Below, piece after piece: positions 25,064 through 36,045 of a stretch of DNA of 64,000 nt. The position numbers and the translations under genes were made by a program. Source of the stretch: Lophium mytilinum. Taxonomy: Eukaryota. The DNA lies in NCBI GenBank assembly GCA_010093605.1, contig MU004204.1, forward strand, positions 266,959-330,958, given 5' to 3'. The number at the start of each line of letters is the position of its first letter. Position 1 is the stretch's first letter. The notes below the pieces were generated by a model. It saw nothing but the letters and a program-made list of their open reading frames with translations, was not told the origin of the DNA and searched no databases.

Positions 25064-25561
25064 CGTCTCGGGGAATTGCAAGGCATAGCGGATGGCGAAT
25101 CTTCGTCTCCTCTTTCTTTGCCAGCCAAGAGTAGAGCGAACGAGGAGCCCTTCCAACAGCACGGTTGGTTAGCACTCTTAAACCCCGTTTTCTTCGTGCC
25201 CTGTACAAAAGAAGAAGGTACGTGTTCGGATTTAGAAAACATCACCCCCGTATTTACCAGATTTGGCATCCAGTAGTGCTGTTGTGTTCTCGGATTGCAT
25301 TGGCCGCCAGCCTCCCCAGTGTCAGCTAGTCGAGCGAGCTTGTTAACCCAGAGTGTATGTTATATATGTTCAATCTGTAATTCGAAGCGCGGATTTGGTT
25401 CACTCAATGTTGGTATAAACGTATTATAGTCCACACTCTCGACCGTCTCGAAGATATAGAAGCCGATGATCTCAATCCCTTCGAGCACCTACTGATCCCT
25501 AGTGTGCCCTTGTGAGAATTATCCCGAAAAGGGGAATGTGTATATCAGATCCCCGATCCGC

Positions 25562-26330
25562 TCACACTTTCTCTCCCTGTATAGTCGCCACCACCTTCCG
25601 CGAATGCCTCGACGCCCTGAACTCCAGATACCAGATCCCCTGCCACGTACCCGTAGCCAACTTGCCATTGCTAATCGGAATCGAGACGCTTGCGCCTATG
25701 AGTGCACTTTTAACGTGTGCCTGTGTGAATACCTGTCAGCCTAGATCCAGCCACGACTCTTTAAACTTAAACAGGCTCCCAACGACAATCCCCGCCCATA
25801 CTCGCAGACAACCTTCCCAAACTCACCGGCATATCATCGCTCCCCTCCGCATCATGCCTATACAACCTCTCCTTGCCTCCCTTGTCCTCCGGCACAATCC
25901 GATCCAACGCATCACTCATATCCGCCCTGACATCCGAGTCGTAGTTCTCATTCAGGCTCAGCGCGCAGCTCGTATGCTGGATGAACAGGTTCAGAATCCC
26001 GACTTTGTAGTTCTGCAGCTCGGGCAGCTCCTTCACGATGTCCGAGGTGATGAGGTAGGAGCCGCGGGACTTGGAAGGAAGTGTGATTGTTTTCTGGAAC
26101 CAGGACATAGTGGCGGGCGTTGGTGTTGTGAGAGCGGTTGGTGGGGTTGTTATTTTGGTGGCGGGAGAAGGGTTGTTGCACGCGCAACAGGCGCAGGTAG
26201 TGGTGGGGTAGGCGGGGGTTTTGGGGGAGGATGTGAAGGGTGATTGGAGGACGCGGATGAATGGGCCTGGGAAGAAGGCGAAGACGAAGATGAGGAGGAA
26301 CAGGAGGGTGTTTGTTGATGAGAGGGGCAT
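25562..26330 (-). CDS. YjbQ/UPF0047 family protein (core starts at ATG 26108)
   Basis: [38 protein letters not shown] and GTWQGIW. One intron. Confidence 0.9.
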
Positions 26331-26603
26331 TGGGTGATTTGTTTTAGAGCTGTCGAGAGCTCGACGTCATGCGGGATGGGTTAATAAGCGAGTTTTGGGT
26401 TTAGAGCTTTTAGGGAGCTATGCAAATATCGGGTTTGAGCGATATATTCAAAGTAGGGCGTTTCAAGGTATAAGTGCCTCAAATACAGGTATGTATCACA
26501 TTGCAGATTCAGTTGAAGTAGCTGATGTGATTTCCTGCTTCAACTCGCCACTAGCATACGATTTCTACATATATACATGTTTAGCAACGCCGATTCCAAA
26601 CTC

Positions 26604-27432
26604 TCATCGTTGGCCTAATGGCTCGTCTGTGATACGCTGCGACTCTTGCACTTCAGCTGGGTCGCCGGTTGGCTTCAATGGGTATGATGTGGAAGGGAGA
26701 GACTCCAGATGGGCGCGGTGGTGCTCATGAGCCTGGAGAACATTAGTATCAAACAATGGTTCCAGTGAATAGTCACTCCTGATTGGTAGGATTGACATGA
26801 AGCCAACTAAGTGCCAACTGGGTACTTACAAAAGGCAGTCCACAATAAGTGCACCAGCAAATCTGCGGCTTGTCGGTGTTGATGAAGATCTTAGGATGGC
26901 CTAGAGGTCCTCCGCCACCATCACACGAAACGACCCTTTCCTTAGTCCAGCGGACAGGTTGCTTGTGAATAAGTTCAATGGCAGCGTAAGGGCGTGGCTA
27001 TGATACAATCCAGGTTAGCCCTCGTCAGGAATGTCCACTTCTCTGGGCCAATTGCACCAATTGGAGTTCACCAAATCAATCTGGGGAATCAGAAGGGCAT
27101 ACCTGATCTTCCATGATAGTCTGTTCGAATCTCGGCCCCGTCATAGCTACCGCCCTCGGCTGTTGACTCCGACTCCAGATGCCCTTGTTGTTCGGGGCCT
27201 GGCGATTTGGCGCCTGAAACACGCGCAGCTCCTCTGCAGTCTCCACACTCTCCTGTAGCACTTGATCGAAGCTCCCTTCGGAGGATGTAGGGACGGCATT
27301 GGTGGCAGAGACGTTTGGCTTCGGGGCCTTCGGGGAAGGGTCGTTGGAGGGGACCTCGCCGGTACTGTACGCGCGAAGAAAAGGCCGGACGAGGAGGTAG
27401 GGTGCGCGAGCGCGCACCGTAGAGGAAAGCAT
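26604..27432 (-). CDS. NDUFS6: NADH:ubiquinone oxidoreductase zinc-binding accessory subunit
   Basis: Mitochondrial presequence-like N-terminus; PYAAIELIHKQPVRW, CDGGGGPLGHPKIFIN and CTYCGLPF. Two introns. Confidence 0.92.
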
Positions 27433-27673
27433 CGTAGTTCAGTGGACGTGGGGGCTTGCCGCGGCTGGCGGAGCTTGATAGTGGTGTAGAGAGGGATGAA
27501 TGGACGTTGAAGATCAGCCTTGGCACAGATTCAAGGCGGGTCAAAGCTTTCCATATTTTTGACTACCTCTCCACCACCTGCCACCGACTCCGTTACGCCT
27601 CGAGCTTATTGCAGGTTCTACACAAACAACTAACCATTACTACGTTAGCTACGGTCGCTACAGCTTGCCCATC

Positions 27674-28623
27674 ATGAGTACTTCAAAGGAACCCAAGATG
27701 ATGTCTTCGCGACTACTCACTATGAAGGTAGGTTTCGCTCCCTTTACATGAAATATGTAAACGCGGTACTAAGACTCATCCAGTTCATGCAACGCTCAAC
27801 CGTCAAGAATTCCTCCCCTACATCCTCCACCGGCCCCTCTACACCCACTTCAAACGGACCTCATGCAAAGCGCCAACGTCTTTCCTCAGGCTCATACACG
27901 CCCACCCCGTCCTCCGACTATGTCGCCATGCAGGCCGCTCTTGCGGCTGAGGAGGCCAAACGCTCGGAGGCAGTGGAGCGGCAAGCGGCTGAGGCGGGTG
28001 AGACGCGGTGGGTGTTGAGCTTCCGGGAGGATCAGGCGGCGCGAGGGAAGGTCCAGATGAGGGTTGTGCAGGCGGGGTTCGCAGAGATAGATGGTGAGGG
28101 TGGCGAAGAGAGTAGTGAGGATGAGGGTGGAAGTGGGCTAGGCGGAGGGAGGATGAGGTTTGGGAAGGGGAAGAAGGTTCAAGTCGGTCTCCCGCTGAAC
28201 AGAGATCTCGAACTTAAGGACTGACAACACCAGGTTACGAATTCCTCCGCCGACAAGGAAGAATCGTCAGACTCAGACTCAGATTCAGATCCTTTGGACT
28301 CCGACCCCGACGCTGACCCCACTGATGCGCTCATTCGCTCCGCCCAAGCTCGTGCCGATCGTAAAGCAAAGAAGCAGGCCGCAAAGGCTGAGGCTGTCAA
28401 AATGGCAGAGACACGGCGTAGGAAGGAAGTAAACCTCAATCAAAACAAGGGGAGACAGATATCATCAGGTGGCGGCCTCAGCATGGCAAACACAGCTAGA
28501 GGCATAACATGCCATAACTGTGGGCAGGAAGGGCACATGATGCGAGACTGCCCGCAGAACGCAAGGAGGAAAGGAGTAGAAGACCGGTGGAACGCTAACC
28601 AAGACCTCAAGATCTTGCGGTGA
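27674..28623 (+). CDS. Mpp6-like nuclear protein with C-terminal CCHC zinc knuckle
   Basis: Spliced N-terminus SSRLLTMK|FMQR and a GRMRFG motif resemble Mpp6. CHNCGQEGHMMRDC knuckle at the end. Confidence 0.7.
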
Positions 28624-29635
28624 TGTCTTTCGATCAGGCTCGACACCAGGTACGTCTGCGAACGAAGTATTCGTAGAAGATATACACTAGGTATATCTCT
28701 ACTCCTTTGGGGTTTTGTATGCTGTAATATTCCATGAGTCGTTGCTGCCCACGAGCCGCTCACTCTGAGCAGACGATCCATCGCTGCTACCATGGAGTCT
28801 CAATCGCTAAGTGCGATGAGCATGCTTGCACAGTTACTTTAGGACATAAGACATGATTCCTCACATTGTGTCTCAGACCACAAAATCCATCAATTTGTCG
28901 CATCGATGTTGATATCGTGAATGTCGCGTCGATAAGACCTTCGAAAACCTGCCTAAGGCAAGACCACGCCATACCCCATAAGCACTCAGACTGCCCACAA
29001 AGCAATATCAAGCACTCTGAGTCGTCCATGAGAGGTTCAATTCCATTGAATAGTGTATGGCAGACAAGATAAGAGGTCCCCCACCAAAGAAAGAGAAAAT
29101 CACAAAAGCACACCCTCGAGAACAATCCGCCTTCGCCTATGAACCTCATGCCGATGATGTGCCTACTCCACCATACCCCGTTCGATGTCATTGCAATTTT
29201 TTGAGACCATGTCGCGTCTAGAAACCGAGAAAGTGCTAAGAGCATCAGAATCTGCGGGATTGTGACAACCGAGATAGATGGGTAAGGGGATTGCCGATTG
29301 CCGTGTGCCGAAAGGTCATTCATCGTCCTTTCTTGCATGGTTCCCGAACACACGCCGCCTCCCTGTTCATTGCTCGCCGTAGCCCCTGGCCATTTTTGTC
29401 GAATATAAAGCGAAGAAGAAGATCAGCTTTCGAGGATGTCTTGCTGATTGTCGTGAGAGCAGTTCGATAAAATGATCCGTTCGTCATGCTGTCTTTCGGG
29501 AAAACAATCCACCACTCGCTAGGAGGATTAGTTCACTTGCTCCTCTACCGTTGAGAGCATCAGGAAACGATGTTGTATAGAATTGAAGAGTGCTAGGAAA
29601 GCGTTGGTGAAACATACCTTTGCCATCATCTCCTC

Positions 29636-30588
29636 CTATCGCCTAATGTAGACAAACATGCCAGTGTCAGGAGCGTACTTCCAGTTACCCGGCTTGAGAT
29701 CCTCCTGTATGGTAAAGAAGGTCCTTAGCGTCCATTCTCCATCAACTTCCTTGCACCAGAACTGTTGATCTGGCTGAGGATTATCAGGCGCAACGGGATG
29801 CATGGAATAGGCACCTTGCTGGTACGCCTGGCGGCGATTGTCCATATCAACTTGGTCCTTGGTGCGACCCATATGGTAGTGGTGGTAAGGGCCATAGCTA
29901 GCCATCGGCTGGCCCGTGTATTGAGCTGGGTATGGAGTCGAGCCCAGACCAGGCTGCTGGAAGGGCTGCTGGAAGGGTTGCTGGATGGGTGCACCAGCCA
30001 TGCCGACGGCCGGCTGGTTGGCATAGACGTAGGTCTGCTGCGGAGCTTGAACTTGGGGGACTGCCACTGCAGTATAGCCGCCTCCGGGCTGCGCGTAGTA
30101 GACCTGCGGCGCCATAGGGTAAGCATATGTCTGAGGGTACGCAAAAGTTTGAGGGTACGCATATGTGTAAGCGTATGGAGATGGGTATGTGTATGTAGTT
30201 CCGTAGGGAGTGCCATAGAAAGTGGGCCCCACAGTTGGTGCCCCCGCACGCTGTGCAATATAGGTATGGGTGTGGCGGCGATTGTCAAAGGGCTGAGGCC
30301 ACTGCCAATTACCCCACGGGCCACCGTTCATGTTGTTGAACGCCATCGCGTTGAACAGCGTCTGGACGGGGCAGGAAAGGAGGTGATTGTAAAGTTGGTG
30401 TAGGACAAGAAGGCAAGAGTCTGGGGTTTGCAGGCTTGTGACGTAGATTGGAGTGAGGTGCAGTACGGAGCGGGAAGCGGTGAGAGGCGGAGGAAAGAAG
30501 GACAGAAGAGAGCTTGGCCGCTAATCGTACTTACGTAGGTCACGTTGGGGTTCTGCTGGCCTTGGCCGATATTGAAAGGCGCCGCCAT
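29636..30588 (-). CDS. Tyr/Pro/Gln-rich protein with small C-terminal globular domain, function unknown
   Basis: Exon MAAPFNIGQGQQNPNVTY|GTAAGT...CAG|TLFNAMAFNN splices in frame into the 236-aa ORF. Confidence 0.75.
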
Positions 30589-31906
30589 CCTCCTTGGTCT
30601 TGGGGGTTCGTCCTCGATTTCCTAGACGTGTTAGTGGTTATTATGGGAAGAGCGAAGGGCCAAACTCACCAAGTCTGTATAGCCCCAGCAGCACATGGAT
30701 TCGTGTGTTGGGGTTGTAGGAAGTGAGAGACTTATAAGTTGCCCGAGAGGCGGAGAGGGAAGGTACTTAGTTCTGAGAACGGGCGTGACTACCTGACATC
30801 ACGACCATGTGATCCTTCATCGGCTTAGGTCGGAGTTAAACTAGTGGAGCTCTCTGAAGTATAGTGGATTTGCACTCGTTGCTTGAACATGTCTTGATGA
30901 ACTTGAGAGATATGTGGTGTCAATCAACTTGATACTTCGCTGAACCAGCTCAAGCAAGGTCAGATAAAAGAACGGAGATTCATAATCTGTTCATAAATTC
31001 GCCGAAAATAAGATGCTGATAACCCTCATTACCAAAGATATAGCTGGAGAGATGGGAATGAAAGACGCTGAAGTGGCGCAAGACAAACGATTTCTTAAGG
31101 GCAAGATAGACCAGAATCGAGGGTTCACTTGTGATAACGTTACGAGGATGAAACCAAATAGGTCGCCTTAGACACAAAGCAACGATTTAGAGACTGGGCC
31201 GCGATATCCACCACGTATCGTTTTTGCATGGAACGTTATCAGATACTCGATCTGCAAAGGCGAATCCGGCTGTTCGGAGACGAAGGAAAAGAATTCAACT
31301 TGAGACTTGCCAGTGTTGCGCAGCACGCTTCACAGGAATTCAGGATACGAAAATCATCTGGTTGGTTGGTGGCTATTGCTACCTCCCACCTGTTTCGGCT
31401 TGCGAATCGACGAACGCAATCAGGGCAACAAGCAGCGCTCCTAGTCTCTTGATCAGCATAATCATAATTCGATTCGTAAGGGCTCGACTCAGCAGACTCA
31501 CCAGCGATCACAAGGTAGCTGGCAATCGTAAACCCCGTTTGCGCACTCGTTTGAACATCGGCATGGTAATGTATTACGGCCACCACTGTCCATGCGATTA
31601 AAGACAACAGTACAACTTATCAATATAAGACCAGTTCGAGCCCAGCTCGCAAGTCCATTCAACTATCGTAAACCTCGTATAGCTACCTCAATACATTTTG
31701 TACTCGTAAATGTCGTTAATAGCCGTTATTTGCCCCCATGCGCCGCGCCGTGTCATTATCACCCTTTACTATATCCGTCTGAGTCAAGAGGCTAAGCTCC
31801 AAAGTCTGTAGTCCTGTACGCGCCTGGCCTTTTTTCCCGTACAAGAGCCGAAAGAAAACGCTAAATGTGATGGACTGAAATGCTCCCGTCCTAATAATAG
31901 ATTATG

Positions 31907-33421
31907 TTAAGCGGCCGCTGTGACATCCCGACTCTTTCCTTTGGCGCGACCTTCTATCCCCGAAGATGCCCGGAGGAGGTCTTTCAACGTCAGCTCCGCT
32001 TTCGTCGCCGCGTCGAGGGTTGCGGAGGAAGAGGTGCTAGGCCGTTCTGCAATGGTCCGGTTCCAGGGGATCCAGGAGGTAAGAGATGATAGAGTTGTAG
32101 AGCGGTTCCTGGAAGAATGAGGGAAGGACGTGAGAGAGGAGTGTCGTCTGTGGACAGGCGTCGGCGTGAAGATGGGTTTGAAAGCCATAGCAGGGTCATG
32201 GAGGACCGAGTTCGAGTTGGAGAACGACTTACCTGCCTCTTCGAGCGAGGCAGGGAAGTCAAAAGAGAGCTGCTTCGACGCCGTCGGTGTAGTGACAAGC
32301 GTGATGGATGGATGCGGCGTCGCGTCCGTGTTGACAGCCCACTGCGACCCTGGCGTCTTCGCCGTCGACGACTCCGCCTGTGCCGCGTCCCCATTCCCAG
32401 ACGTGTCTTCCTCGCCGTTGAAGGACGGTACACCCCCTCTCTTCCTCTTGCTCCCACTGATCACGCTCTTCAAACTCCCATACGCAGACTTCTTCCCCAC
32501 ACTCCCCGCAGTGGTGCTTGCCCTACTCTCCCCCGCCAATCTCTCGTTGCTACTGCTCGCCTCTGGCACAGCCGTCAATGTGTTGTCGCCCCACCCCGCG
32601 AACCGCCCAAAGGCATTCCCATGCTCGTGTCTCTGCCTCCGCCCCACCAAGCCCACCGCCACGCCTAAGCCAGTCCCCGTCGTGATCTCGCCGGTAGGCG
32701 GTAGATGGGCATCATACTCGTCTGCGAGACTCAGCCTACTACGAGCACATATCTCTGCGATTGCGTCGATCGCGTCTCGGATCTCGGGGTCCACGGCGCG
32801 TAGTATTCCCCCGAAGGAAAACTCATCAACGGGGGGTAATGTGTCTACCTTGGCCGCGCCGAGGGGACTCCTGCCATTCATGCTGTGCGATTCGGGGAGG
32901 AGGCGGGGCGAATTGACGCCTGAGCCGCCACGACGGGAGCCAGAGTAGGTACGGACGACAACAGGCTGGGAGGAGAGCGAGGTGCGGGTTGATGTCGATT
33001 TGGCGGCGGCGCGGGCTCTGAAGGCACCTGTGTTAAGGGCACGAAGGGCAGCAGAGACGTGGAGGGGGTTCGAGGGGTCGGAGAGCGAGGATGGAGGGGC
33101 GGTCGAGGCTGAATTGGACGTCGTGATATTCGAATCGTGAGGGTGTCGGAGGGTACTACTGCCGTCTGCTGTCGCACTGGAGCCGGTGTTGTCGCCCCAG
33201 AAGCTCGAGAGCACGCCCAGCGAGACGGACTGGCGATCAGTCGTCACTGGTGTAAGGGCGGGCGGCAGAGTATTCGAGGTGGTCGAGTCGGCGATGCCAT
33301 GGTGGCCGTGGACCGTCGCGGCGGGCGGGTTATGCAGAACAGCACTGCTCGCGATGGCTAAAGGGGCCGGAGCACATTGAGACTGGCGGCCGTCGTCCTG
33401 GGGCATTGTGGGCGGTGTCAT
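31907..33421 (-). CDS. Ser/Thr-rich fungal protein of unknown function
   Basis: Uninterrupted ORF of about 500 codons with a helical island IDAIAEICARSRLSLADEYDAHLPP. Confidence 0.75.
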   Translation of the reverse strand: MTPPTMPQDDGRQSQCAPAPLAIASSAVLHNPPAATVHGHHGIADSTTSNTLPPALTPVTTDRQSVSLGVLSSFWGDNTGSSATADGSSTLRHPHDSNITTSNSASTAPPSSLSDPSNPLHVSAALRALNTGAFRARAAAKSTSTRTSLSSQPVVVRTYSGSRRGGSGVNSPRLLPESHSMNGRSPLGAAKVDTLPPVDEFSFGGILRAVDPEIRDAIDAIAEICARSRLSLADEYDAHLPPTGEITTGTGLGVAVGLVGRRQRHEHGNAFGRFAGWGDNTLTAVPEASSSNERLAGESRASTTAGSVGKKSAYGSLKSVISGSKRKRGGVPSFNGEEDTSGNGDAAQAESSTAKTPGSQWAVNTDATPHPSITLVTTPTASKQLSFDFPASLEEAGKSFSNSNSVLHDPAMAFKPIFTPTPVHRRHSSLTSFPHSSRNRSTTLSSLTSWIPWNRTIAERPSTSSSATLDAATKAELTLKDLLRASSGIEGRAKGKSRDVTAAA

Positions 33422-33992
33422 GCAAGTCAATGCGCGCGGTGCAAGCTGTCTGGTAGCTGCGCGTGAGGGATGTGTTGTTCACTGAAAATCCCCACTGAAG
33501 CCCCCCGCCTGTACGACCCCGGCGACCATCCTTGCGGCCAGTACTGTAAGTCGCCGACGGCAGACGGAGTGCCACCGACTGCCCAAGATCCACTTGACAC
33601 ACTCGAGAGGGGCAGTCTTGGAGCTGACTGTTATTTGTATATAAGGTACTGTGGCGCTGTCGTGCAAATATTGCCTAGCTACGCCTGTGAAACTGCTGAC
33701 GAGATGTCGTGGCCGTTATCCTCTCGCACAGGCTGCAGACACTATGCTTTAGAGGGAGACATGCAGCGCAGCTCGGCGTGGCAGCATCGTGCTTCTAGTA
33801 ACACGGTGGGTACATCTCGTCCACTCGTGGCGGCTGCTTGCGTGTGTAGGGTGCTATCTATATTGGAAACGTGGTAGATGTATAGCCAGAGCTGCTCTCC
33901 TCGCACATGATGCCAGCATGAGGCCTGCATACGGGGAAGTCGGTATATCAAGAACCCCCTGATGCTCTTGCAGTACCCTTCGTTGCCAGTAT

Positions 33993-35835
33993 TCACAACA
34001 AGCCGAGTTCCCCCTTCAACCATTTGCCTGATCCGCCTGGATGCTCCTCGAGGATCTGCATCTCTGCCTTCACGTTCAGCAAGAGCATCCTCTGAATCTC
34101 TGCTCTCCACTCCGGCTCCGGGCCGTCTTCTGCAAGGACGTCCCACTCGAGCATCTTCCGAGCTTTGTGACGGTCTCGTGTTGTCAACTTAAGCAGCCCC
34201 CCAGCCTGGCCTACCGCTTTCTCGGACGCCTTAGTTGCCAGAACGGAGTTTGAAGTCAAGTGGCAGCTCTTGACTCCGATCCAGCGTATCTGCGGTAAGT
34301 TCAATGGTCGAGATGCGGCGAAACTAGCAGCATGCGAATTCTCGTGAGCTAGAGAATATGACCCATGCTTGTAAGTGGAGAGGATGGCAAGGCCATCGGG
34401 ATCAAAGTCCATCATAGCGTAGAGAGGGATGTGTGGTGCGACAGTCGTAAGTTCGCGGAGGAACGCCCGAGTTTCCAGGTCTGGATAGCCTTTGGCCTGA
34501 ACCTGGTCAGCTGGGGAGGCCGTGGGGTGACACCACATACAGTCAAGAGTATCCCCTGCGAACTGATATCCACCCAGAGGTTTGAATGGACGAGCGAACG
34601 GAAAGTGGCCTAGCAAATGTTAGTTCATATGAGGAAGCAACTAGGCAAACACTGATAGACCTCTTTCTCTACTACGACAATCCAGCGAACCGTAGACACC
34701 TCGAGAATGTCATCTTCGTTAAGATTCGGGACGAGGGTGCCCTGGGATCGTGTGAGAGGATGTTTGATATACGACTGACGGGGGCGAACCTCTCGGTTGG
34801 TGAGACCATCGATGGCTGTACCTTCTAATCTCCGAATGCTGAAGTTCCCAACCATGAGCCCCTTTGCTGCGGCCGACTGAAAGTGAGGTAAGTCTAGTAT
34901 CATCTAACAGTTGCAGCCACAAGAAACGTACAACGTTGAGCAAATTCCGGGAGATACCAAAAGTACATGCTATATCGTCGACATAGCGATCAACTACAGC
35001 TTGCTTCACGAAAAGATCGGGACTACGATAGTAGATATCTCTAGTGGATGTGAGAATCTCTCTTCGCAGTCACTGACTATTTGGAAGCTCACCTCTTCGT
35101 AATAACAGCGTTTGAGGTTAATGCATCGTGGACGAGCTCGAGAATGCGAACAAGTACAGCTAGCCCGACTGTCAGTAAGGTAGACACGGTTAGTGAGGCG
35201 AGGGAGCGCAACTGAATCTCCAAGCTTCATGGGCGGTGCTTCCTGGGAAGGTGATGCTTCGAGTCTGGAGTCCACCGTCTACCGTGACGATACCATTCGT
35301 TGGATCAATTCTCCGGCCTGTGCTGCCAGATCGAGTTTTTAGGCTAATTGAGAGCTTGTCGTTCTTTTCGAGCAGGGCGTCAACGATGCTCTCGAAAACC
35401 AGCTCTATCGTCTTGATGACCCAGTTCCTATGAAACAGCCGTGTTAGTATAGAAAATGAACCAATGGCAGCGTGGAAATGCATGCCTATCGCGAACACTT
35501 GGTGACATCTCTTCGACTTTGGTTGAAGGTTCTTGAGAATTCGAAATGGCCCTATGGGAAGGATCCGCTATGGTCTCTGTCTTTCGTGCCATGCCACTGA
35601 TATGATCAGTATAGTAGTTAGTGAATAAGTCGTCCTCTGAATGAAACAGAGTCGTCTGTGAAACTCCAGTGGTTCCCAGAAGGTCGTTGAAGTCGTCAGT
35701 ACTCGCGGTTAGTGATTCTTGAGAAGAGCCTTCATTCGATATAGCTTTAAAGAGCATATCGTCGAAGCTCCCATCATCCATCATTGCATTCACCGCTTGT
35801 TCGCCGTGAAAGACACGAGATGATGTCCCGGCCAT
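33993..35835 (-). CDS. SPO11: Meiotic double-strand-break transesterase Spo11/Rec12
   Basis: KRDIYY (catalytic Tyr), VDRYVDDIA, AAAKGL, VVEKEATF, AKGYPDLETR and DFDPDG (Toprim). Seven introns splice in frame. Start may be 35835 or 35784. Confidence 0.95.
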
Positions 35836-35879
35836 GAAGGTACGAAGTAATATATTCTAGGCCGAGCGCACGTGCCACC

Positions 35880-35925
35880 TCAACGACGCGCTCCAGCGCT
35901 CTTTCCTCTAAACGCACGCGTCCCG
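35880..35925. promoter_or_regulatory. MCB-like boxes (ACGCG 35886, ACGCGT 35916) in the SPO11/CAF-1 shared promoter
   Basis: Motifs are seen directly; function is inferred. Confidence 0.5.
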
Positions 35926-36045
35926 ACTTCCCCAATCCCCAATCCTCAACCCACATTCGCACCACCACCGCACCTGTACAAGACCGCCATAGAGTGCTTC
36001 TCAGTTGTCCGTTTGCTTGTTCCTGTTGCATTTCCTGCGCTCGCC

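Noticed and set aside
28787..29353. 188-aa minus-strand ORF
   Set aside because: Non-ATG start, atypical composition and no domain; probably spurious.
32117..32948. Long plus-strand ORFs
   Set aside because: Antisense to the ORF of about 500 codons in GC-rich coding DNA.
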